DNA from: Clostridia bacterium
GTDB taxonomy: Bacteria; Bacillota; Clostridia; Christensenellales; Aristaeellaceae
Assembly (NCBI GenBank): GCA_045599485.1
Contig: JAZRWA010000097.1
Location: forward strand, 19,240 to 59,239
Reading direction: 5' to 3'
Length of the DNA stretch: 40,000 bases
Shown piece after piece: positions 28,966 through 35,956 of the stretch. The notes below the pieces were generated by a model, which made no database searches, was not told the DNA's origin, and saw only the letters and a program-made list of their open reading frames with translations. A program made the translations under genes and the position numbers. The number at the start of each line of letters is the position of its first letter. Positions within the stretch are counted from its first letter, which is position 1.

Positions 28966-29430
28966 ATGAAAAAGGCGTTTGTTTTGATACTTGTACTGAT
29001 GATGATTCTGTCTGTCGGGGGCGCGACGGGAGAAACGGTGATGCTGGGCAGCACCGGGTTTAGTCTGAACCTGAATGGACTGTCCTTTTCCAAGCCGAAC
29101 GGAGCAGATGCCCCTGATGATGCAGTATTGATGTTCGGCAATGCGGATGGGACAATGCGCGGTGTGGTTTATGAATACGCCTCCGAAGGGCTGACCCTCA
29201 AAAATCTGGAAAATGAGGTGCTTGCGAAAGCCGAAGGTGTGACGGCCACCGGTTACACTGAGATCAACGGAGTGGAGTGCTTCTGGGTGGTGATGGACGA
29301 CTTCGGCGATAACTTTATCGTCTACTACACCATTGAGGGAAACAAAATGGTAAAGTTTGAATTCTATTATAAAGGCGCTGAGGCTGCGAGCCTGACCGGA
29401 ACGATTATGGACACACTTCATCGGAATTGA
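28966..29430 (+). CDS. Small secreted protein of unknown function
   Basis: AAGGAGG RBS and ATG at 28966. Signal peptide MKKAFVLILVLMMILSVGGATG. 154 aa. I recognise no family. Confidence 0.55.
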   Translation: MKKAFVLILVLMMILSVGGATGETVMLGSTGFSLNLNGLSFSKPNGADAPDDAVLMFGNADGTMRGVVYEYASEGLTLKNLENEVLAKAEGVTATGYTEINGVECFWVVMDDFGDNFIVYYTIEGNKMVKFEFYYKGAEAASLTGTIMDTLHRN

Positions 29431-29481
29431 TCGGAGACAAGAAACAGCAAAACGATGGGGGAATGTATACCGAATAATCAA

Positions 29482-29510
29482 TTGACAATGGCAGGACTGC
29501 CACCTATAAT
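29482..29510 (+). promoter_or_regulatory. Perfect-consensus sigma-A promoter of the 6S-like RNA
   Basis: TTGACA (29482-29487), 17-nt spacer, TATAAT (29505-29510). No CDS follows on this strand. Confidence 0.6.
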
Positions 29511-29516
29511 AGTATC

Positions 29517-29724
29517 ACAGAGGATGCTCCTGGGATGTACGCCAGCGTTTTGTTTTTACCCACATCTCTTAAAACGGAGCCCGGGTCGGACATGGACGTC
29601 ATGCCCCCGTGCCGCAAGGCATGCCAGGGGAAGGCGGTAAGTGAGCCGCAGGGCACCGGCCTGCTGTTTACATAGCGGGTGAAAAAACCAAGCGCAGCGG
29701 CATCATCGGGACTCCTCTTTTTTT
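29517..29724 (+). ncRNA. ssrS: Probable 6S RNA (SsrS), about 205 nt
   Basis: A stand-alone transcription unit between convergent or unrelated genes. The 5' end (AGAGGAUGCUCCUGGGAUGUACGCCAGCG) and 3' end (GCGCAGCGGCAUCAUCGGGACUCCUCU + U7) can form an interrupted closing stem. Both ends resemble my recollection of the E. coli and B. subtilis 6S termini (..CUGAGAUGU.. / ..CGGCAUC..GGA..). Size is appropriate. No covariance-model check was possible. Confidence 0.55.
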
Positions 29725-29728
29725 GTGC

Positions 29729-29768
29729 AAAAAAACGGACGCAACCGTAAGGACACCGTCCGTTTTTG
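29729..29768. terminator. Bidirectional terminator between the sRNA and truA
   Basis: ACGGACG (29735-29741) pairs with CGTCCGT (29757-29763). An A-run lies upstream and T5 downstream, 10 nt from the truA TAA. Confidence 0.5.
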
Positions 29769-29777
29769 ATATATGGA

Positions 29778-30527
29778 TTAAAGAAAACGCTCCGGGTCAT
29801 AGTCGACCGCGGTCAGGCAAAGTCCGCGTGCCGGGGCGGTGGGCCCTGCAGCGGGACGGCTTTTTGCGGAGAGAATGCCTGACATGTTGTTGGCATCCAT
29901 ACGACCTGCACCGACCTAAAGCAGAGTGCCGGTCAGGATGCGGACCATGTTCATCAGGAAGCCATCACCGTGAAAGATGAGGCGAAGCCGGTCGTTATCC
30001 TGTTCGATGCGGATGGAATCCACCGTTCGAACTGTCGATTTATCGGAATGCAGATTGGTAAAGGAACGAAAATCGTGTTTTCCGATAAGCTGTGATGCGG
30101 CAAGGCGCATGGCATCAAGGTCAAGCGGAAGCGGCAGAGCATAAGCATATTTGCGGTCAAAAACAGGACGCGCATCACCGCAGTAGCAGGTGTAGGTATA
30201 GGTTTTGCCGGAAGCGTGAAAGCGGGCATGGAAGCGCTCGGGGACTGTGCGGACCGCAAGGACACAAATATCATCGGGAAGATAGCGGTTCATGTACTCC
30301 CGAATCTGTTCGACGGAGAGGGTTGTGTTCAGATGGGCGTTAGCGGTCATGGCAAGGGCATGAACACCGGCATCGGTGCGCCCCGCGCCGATCAATTGCA
30401 CAGGAGCGTCTGTCATGCGGGCAAGAACATTTTCCAATCGCCCCTGAATGGTATCTGTATCGGGCTTACGTTCCCAGCCGTGGTAACGTGTGCCGTCATA
30501 TTGAATGGTAAAAAGATAATTGGTCAT
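29778..30527 (-). CDS. truA: tRNA pseudouridine(38-40) synthase TruA, one in-frame TAG at 29916-29918
   Basis: ORF 29916..30527 has the catalytic GAGRTDAGVHA motif and ends at a TAG inside the conserved MVRILTGTLL-x-VG motif. The same frame continues (VGAGRMDANNMSGILSAKSRPAAGPTAPARGLCLTAVDY) to TAA at 29778-29780, recovering the conserved R..AG.TAPA.GL.L motif. The joined length is 249 aa. Confidence 0.9.
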
Positions 30528-31087
30528 GGAACTGCCTCGGTCATATTTGCCAGACGGTTGATCTCGGCTTCCGCTTCCTGCCAGTTATGTACGCGAGTTG
30601 CGCCGATGGAAGCAGCGTCAAAGGAACGATTGTGGTAAGCGTTAAAAAGGATTTTGTGATAGGATCCGCCGCACAGGTTGTGAGGGCCGTCATCCACCAG
30701 CACATCGCCGCGGATGAGCTGCTTTTTGGAGGTGATGATGACATGATCCCAGTCAAGGAAAGGATAGTAACGGAAAAGAACCGTTTCCATTTTCACAGGC
30801 AGTGTTTTGAAATGGGAAGCGGTGACAATGTAGATTTCGTGACCGGCCTCTTTGAGACGCAGAAGGGCGTCTGTTGCGCCGGGCATGGGGGTCACATAAC
30901 TCCACAGCTGATCATCGGAGACAGCGGCATAGACCTGCTCTTTGGTCAGGGTCGGAAAAGCCAGGCTCATATCCCAATTTTTCACGTCCTCTGGAACAGC
31001 ATTGGTGCCATATCGCTCGTTGATATAGCGTATCCAGCCGGGGACCAGCTGCTCCAGCACATCATCCATGTCGACCAGAATGGTCAT
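30524..31087 (-). CDS. 5'(3')-deoxyribonucleotidase-like HAD hydrolase (NT5C family)
   Basis: AAGGAGG RBS and ATG at 31087. N-terminus MTILVDMDDVL (DxDxV nucleophile motif). 187 aa. Its stop overlaps the truA ATG. Confidence 0.7.
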   Translation of the reverse strand: MTILVDMDDVLEQLVPGWIRYINERYGTNAVPEDVKNWDMSLAFPTLTKEQVYAAVSDDQLWSYVTPMPGATDALLRLKEAGHEIYIVTASHFKTLPVKMETVLFRYYPFLDWDHVIITSKKQLIRGDVLVDDGPHNLCGGSYHKILFNAYHNRSFDAASIGATRVHNWQEAEAEINRLANMTEAVP

Positions 31088-31243
31088 TTGCTCAGCCTCC
31101 TTGATTTTACATGCCCGTTTATTATAAGGCATCCGCAAAGGCAAGTGCAAGCACTTGAAAAACAGAATGTGTTGAAATTGGCAAAATACGAACCATGAAT
31201 ATAAATATTGTCTAAAGGTTCGTGAAAACAAGCGGTAATGACC

Positions 31244-31272
31244 TTGACAAGCGGATTAAAATCTGTTATATA
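31244..31272 (+). promoter_or_regulatory. Sigma-A promoter of the purF-like gene
   Basis: TTGACA (31244-31249), 17-nt spacer, TATATA (31267-31272). Confidence 0.5.
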
Positions 31273-31323
31273 CGAAACTGCGAATCCTTTCTTACATTAA
31301 AATGGCGGAAGAGGAGTAAAGAA

Positions 31324-32748
31324 ATGGGCGGATTTTTCGGAGCAGTCGGACATTATGATGTGATGACCGATGTTTTTTTCGGCATTGACTATCATTCTCA
31401 CCTCGGCACCAAAAGCGCAGGTATGGCTGCCTGGGACGCGGAACGTGGCTTGCAGCGCAAGATCCATAATATCTCAAACGCGCCTTTCCGGACCAAATTT
31501 GAAGGCATACTGGAATCCATGCACGGTACCGCGGCCATCGGCGGTATCAATGATACCGACCCCCAGCCGCTGCTGATTCGTTCCCATATCGGGAGCTATG
31601 CACTGCTGACGGTGGGTGTGATTCAGAATACCGATCAGCTGGTGAATGAATACCTGGAGAAGAGCATGGGCCAGCTGAGTACCATGACCGGCGGCGGCGT
31701 CAACATGACCGAACTGGTAGCGGCTTATATCAACCAGAAAACAAGTTTGGCTGATGGCATCCGCTACGCGCAGGAGAAAATTGACGGCACCGTGGTGGTG
31801 CTGGCGTTGACGGAAAGAGGCAGCATTGTTTGCGCACGTGACTATGCCGGCACGCTGCCTGTACATATCGGACGCGGCGAAAGCGGCTACTGTGTATCTT
31901 TTGAGCATTTCGCATATGAAAAGCTTGGGTATTCAAATGATTATGAGCTGAAGGCTGCCGAGGTGGTGGAAATCACCGCTGATGGATATCAGGTGCTGCT
32001 CGAAGGCCGTGAAAAAATGCGTATCTGCTCTTTCCTGTGGTCGTATTACGGGTTCCCCACTTCAAGCTATGAAGGTGTGAATGTGGAGATCATGCGCTGC
32101 CGGAACGGTGAGATCATGGCGGAAAACGATGAAAAGCTGGGCAAGGTTCCGCAGGCAGATTGCGTGGCCGGCGTTCCCGATTCCGGTACACCGCATGCCA
32201 TCGGTTATGCCAACCGCTCCCATATTCCGTTTGCCAGACCTTTTATCAAATATACGCCTACCTGGCCGCGCAGCTTTATGCCTTCCACCCAGAAGGAACG
32301 CGACCGTATCGCCAAAATGAAGCAGATCCCCGTGGATGATCTGATCCGTGACAAAGAGCTTTTGTTTGTGGATGACTCCATTGTCCGCGGTACACAGCTT
32401 CGCGAGACGGTGGAATTTTTGTACGAGAGCGGCGCCCGGGCAGTGCACATGCGCTCCGCCTGCCCGCCCATCATGTTTGGCTGTAAATTTTTGAATTTTT
32501 CCCGCGCGACCTCCGACAGAGAGCTGATCACCCGAGCCACCATCGTGGAACTGGAGGGGGAAGAGGGACTGAACCATATTGATGAGTATACCGATGCTAC
32601 GACAGAACGCGGACGCAGGATGAGAGAGGCTATCTGCGAAAAGCTGCATCTGGCTTCGCTGGAATTCCAGACGCTGGAGGGCCTTCAGAAAGCCATTGGC
32701 CTGGAGCCCTGTAAACTGTGTACCTATTGCTGGAACGGCATAGAATAA
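31324..32748 (+). CDS. Amidophosphoribosyltransferase-family protein lacking the N-terminal Cys nucleophile
   Basis: GAGGAG RBS and ATG at 31324. It combines an Ntn-amidotransferase-like N-domain with a PRTase domain (LLFVDDSIVRGTQ). The N-terminus is MGGFFG rather than MCG. Confidence 0.75.
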   Translation: MGGFFGAVGHYDVMTDVFFGIDYHSHLGTKSAGMAAWDAERGLQRKIHNISNAPFRTKFEGILESMHGTAAIGGINDTDPQPLLIRSHIGSYALLTVGVIQNTDQLVNEYLEKSMGQLSTMTGGGVNMTELVAAYINQKTSLADGIRYAQEKIDGTVVVLALTERGSIVCARDYAGTLPVHIGRGESGYCVSFEHFAYEKLGYSNDYELKAAEVVEITADGYQVLLEGREKMRICSFLWSYYGFPTSSYEGVNVEIMRCRNGEIMAENDEKLGKVPQADCVAGVPDSGTPHAIGYANRSHIPFARPFIKYTPTWPRSFMPSTQKERDRIAKMKQIPVDDLIRDKELLFVDDSIVRGTQLRETVEFLYESGARAVHMRSACPPIMFGCKFLNFSRATSDRELITRATIVELEGEEGLNHIDEYTDATTERGRRMREAICEKLHLASLEFQTLEGLQKAIGLEPCKLCTYCWNGIE

Positions 32749-32823
32749 ATACGATCATATCATTAAAAGGCATCTCCGGTTTTGTCGGAGATGCCTTTTG
32801 AATTACGGAACAGGAATGGATTA

Positions 32824-33993
32824 TCAGCGGCAGACACGGTAGATGCCGCATTTGAGGTACTGCGTTTCGGGAAGGGCGGGCAGAATGGGGTGGTCACGCC
32901 CCTGGGTACGGTATTCGATCTGCATCAGCTCGGTGTGGGTGTCAGCGGCGGCGGATTGTACCATGCGGTTGAACATATCGGGCAGAATGTGCTGAGAACA
33001 GGAGCAGGTAACGAGATAACCGCCATCCCGGATCAGCTTCATGGCGCGAAGGTTGATTTCCTTATAGCCGCGAAGCGCGGAGTCGACAGCGGAGCGGGAT
33101 TTGGTGAAAGCCGGTGGATCGAGGATGATCACATCGTATTTCTCGCCAGCCAGAGTTTTTTCTTTCAAAAGATCAAATACATTGGCAGCGGTGAAATGAA
33201 CATTGGAGAGGTTGTTCAGCTGAGCGTTTTTGGAAGCGCATTCACAGGCGTAATCGCTGATATCAACGCCGTGTACATCGGCTGCACCGTAATGCCCCGC
33301 ATGCAAGGCAAAGCTGCCGGTGTGGGTGAAGCAGTCAAGTACCTTCTGATCTTTGACGAAGGGCGCGATGGCGGCGCGGTTTTCCTTCTGATCAAGGAAG
33401 AAGCCGGTCTTCTGACCGTTTTTTACATCGACGAGAAAACGCACGCCGTTTTCACGAATCTCAGTGAAATCATCGACCACACCGTACAGAAGGCCGGTTT
33501 TTTGTTCCAGGCCTTCCAGATCACGGACAGGGGCGTCATCGCGCTCCCAGATGCCGCGGGGATGCATTTCTTCGACCAGTGTGTCAATGACGACGGGCAA
33601 AAAACGCTCCATGCCCAGACACATGCACTGGAGGGAGAGAATGCCGCCGAAGCTGTCCACGATCAGCCCGGGCAGGCTGTCGGATTCGGAATAGATGAGG
33701 CGGCAGGAATCCATGTCGGCAAAACAGCGGCGATAGCTGATGGCACGGCGGACGCGTTCCCGAATAAAGCGCTCGTTGACGTGCTCGTCCCGGAAGGTAA
33801 GAAAACGAAGACTGATCTGGGACATCGGGTTGTAAAAGGCGCAGCCGAGCATACGACCGCGGGCACTTTTGACGGAGACTACGTCACCCGGCTGGCAGGA
33901 GCCGGAAACACGGTCGATATCGCTTTTGAAAATCCAGGGGTTGCCCTGCAGTACGCGGGCTTCCTTGGTGGGCTTCAGATAGGCAATGGCCAT
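32824..33993 (-). CDS. rlmI: PUA-domain class I SAM-dependent rRNA m5C methyltransferase (RlmI-like)
   Basis: N-terminal PUA-like region (LQGNPWIFKSDI...PGDVVSV) and MTase motifs (VLDCFTHTGSFALHA, ILDPPAF). The ATG at 33993 is preferred over the TTG at 34002. Confidence 0.8.
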   Translation of the reverse strand: MAIAYLKPTKEARVLQGNPWIFKSDIDRVSGSCQPGDVVSVKSARGRMLGCAFYNPMSQISLRFLTFRDEHVNERFIRERVRRAISYRRCFADMDSCRLIYSESDSLPGLIVDSFGGILSLQCMCLGMERFLPVVIDTLVEEMHPRGIWERDDAPVRDLEGLEQKTGLLYGVVDDFTEIRENGVRFLVDVKNGQKTGFFLDQKENRAAIAPFVKDQKVLDCFTHTGSFALHAGHYGAADVHGVDISDYACECASKNAQLNNLSNVHFTAANVFDLLKEKTLAGEKYDVIILDPPAFTKSRSAVDSALRGYKEINLRAMKLIRDGGYLVTCSCSQHILPDMFNRMVQSAAADTHTELMQIEYRTQGRDHPILPALPETQYLKCGIYRVCR

Positions 33994-33998
33994 GGCAA

Positions 33999-34445
33999 TC
34001 AATCCTTCTTTGTTGTATCAATGGATTTGGCAAACACGACAAAACGCTGATAGAAAAATTCCGTGACGAAGTTGACAATCATGGTGCTGGCTTCGACCAC
34101 GTACTTCAATCCCTGGCTGCAGGTGGCTTCCTGACCGGTGAACGGGTTGGAACCGGTCAAAGCGGCTGTCCAGAAGGTGGAAACGGGTGTAAAGACCAGA
34201 TAGTAGCAGAAGACCAGCATCATGGCGCGCGGCAGATTTTCGGCAGATTGGAAGGTGAATTTGCGGTTGAAAGTAAAATTCCAGACAACGCTGAGAATCA
34301 GCGACAGCAGATAGGAAAGCCAGGTATCAAAGTGCAATAGCTCCAAAAAGAGAGTATAGGAAACGATTTGAATCAGTCCCGCGCTGATGGAGAAGAGTGT
34401 GAACTTGAGAGCACGAAGCAGCTCTTTGCTATTTTTGCTTTTCAT
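33999..34445 (-). CDS. GtrA-family membrane protein
   Basis: 148 aa, four hydrophobic segments. GtrA-like motif (WNFTFNRKFTF). Confidence 0.75.
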   Translation of the reverse strand: MKSKNSKELLRALKFTLFSISAGLIQIVSYTLFLELLHFDTWLSYLLSLILSVVWNFTFNRKFTFQSAENLPRAMMLVFCYYLVFTPVSTFWTAALTGSNPFTGQEATCSQGLKYVVEASTMIVNFVTEFFYQRFVVFAKSIDTTKKD

Positions 34446-34460
34446 GGAAAAACTCCTTTG

Positions 34461-34979
34461 TTACTGACAGGTGGCTTCGACCGTCATGGGCATGCCCCAG
34501 ATGTAATAGGTGATGCGGAAGGTGCGGGAGGTTAAGTAGTTTTGCAGGTTTGCGGCAGATGTCAGAAGCGTGCAGTACAATTCGGTGTCCTCACCGGCGT
34601 CCAGGATGTGGTTGGCATTCAGCTGCGCGGTATCCAGTGTCGTATAGGAGAGCGCGTCACCGTTGACCGGATAAGGCTGCACTTCTACCATTTCCGCACG
34701 GATGAGGCCGTTGTTGTGCAGACGGACACAATAAGTGAAGAAGCCGTAATCGGAAGCGGAGCCATCGAGCGCGGTGGTATAGACCGCGGCGGTGGAAGAA
34801 CCGTTGTCCAGACGGGATTGCAGCAGCGAAAAAGTGTTGGCATCTGATTCTGCGGTGCGGGTGGAAACGGAGATGGAAACGACCTGCAGACGGGTATTGA
34901 TGTATGCGTAGATGCCGACGCCGATGGAGACCAGAACGGCCAGAAGCAAAAGGATGGCCACATATTTGATGTATTTCAT
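34461..34979 (-). CDS. N-terminally membrane-anchored protein of unknown function
   Basis: 172 aa with a single N-terminal TM (VAILLLLAVLVSIGVGIYAYI). It starts 4 nt after the motB-like stop. No family recognised. Confidence 0.5.
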   Translation of the reverse strand: MKYIKYVAILLLLAVLVSIGVGIYAYINTRLQVVSISVSTRTAESDANTFSLLQSRLDNGSSTAAVYTTALDGSASDYGFFTYCVRLHNNGLIRAEMVEVQPYPVNGDALSYTTLDTAQLNANHILDAGEDTELYCTLLTSAANLQNYLTSRTFRITYYIWGMPMTVEATCQ

Positions 34980-34983
34980 TTGA

Positions 34984-35955
34984 TTACCCCAGATTGGCGA
35001 GAATGTTGTTCATTTCCTGAATCATTTCGGTGTCTTTCAAGCGGAATTTGATCTCGACGCGGCGGGAAGCATCCTGATTTTCGGTTCCGTCTTCGTTGTA
35101 GATCAAATCCGATTCGCTTCGTCCTTGTGCGGTGATGACATTCTGCAGCTTCAGTTTCATGGCCGGCGAGAGGGAAGGCATGTTGAGGCAGTATTCAACG
35201 ACGTTCAAGGCACGGGACTGCGAAAGACGAAGGTTGGTCTGGTAGGAGCCGGTGGAATCCGTGTGCCCCTCGATGATGATCTCGGCCACATAATCGCTGT
35301 ATTGCTCACTGAGCAGTACGCTCAGATACACGGGTATGAGCCTTTCCAGTTCAGCTTGTCCTTCTTCTTTCAAATTGGAGCTGTTGGTCTGGAACATGAG
35401 GGAGGATTGCAGCATGATGTCGCCGGTGTTCGGGTCGACTGTGGCGCTGATTCTGGCGGCGGAAAGCGCGCCGCTCAATTCCTCAACGATGCGGGTTCGA
35501 ACGCCGAGCATGTTGGACAGGCGCAGTTTATAGCTTTCAAGCTCGTCCTGCTTGCTGTCCAGCTCGGATTCCTTGATGCTGATCTGTGCCAAGAGCAGCT
35601 GGTTTTCGCTTTCGCGTTCGCTGAGGGCGATCTGTGCCGCATAAAGATCCTGCTGCTGAGTATCAAGCTGAATCTGGATGGCGGCAAGCTCCTCTTCCTT
35701 GCCCTGCAGCGAAGTACGGGTGGTTTCGAGATCCTACTCCTGCTGAAGAAGAATCAGCTGCGCGGCATTCAGCTGTGCCTGCTGTTCATCCAGTTCACGC
35801 TGTCGGGTCTCATTCAATTGGTGATAGTTGTAAATGCAAAGCGTGATCGCCAAAATAAAGACGAGCAGCAGGGAAGCCATCATGTCCGAGTAGGAGATCC
35901 AATGCGTACCGGAGTCATGCGTGGAATGCCTGTGGGAGTGAACATTTCCGCTCAT
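34984..35955 (-). CDS. MotB/OmpA-family protein with a long coiled-coil linker, one in-frame TAG at 35734-35736
   Basis: ORFs 35734..36003 and 34984..35592 share a frame, with no other stop between them. AGGGAG RBS and ATG at 35955. It has the MotB-type N-terminal TM (WISYSDMMASLLLVFILA), about 110 aa of Q/E/L-rich coiled coil, and a C-terminal OmpA-like peptidoglycan-binding domain (IIIEGHTDSTG...NLRLSQSRA...NRRVEI). Confidence 0.8.
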
Positions 35956-35956
35956 G

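Noticed and set aside
29517-29724. SRP RNA (scRNA/4.5S), RNase P RNA or a riboswitch as the identity of the promoter-driven RNA
   Set aside because: There is partial resemblance to SRP (..AAGUGA..GCCGCAGGG.., CUGUUUAC). However, the helix-8 core GGUCCGGAAGGAAGCAGC and its symmetric loop cannot be built. The RNA is too short and lacks the GAGGAAAGUCC/ACAGAACCCGGCUUA boxes of RNase P. No downstream CDS exists on that strand for a riboswitch. The terminal sequences fit 6S better.
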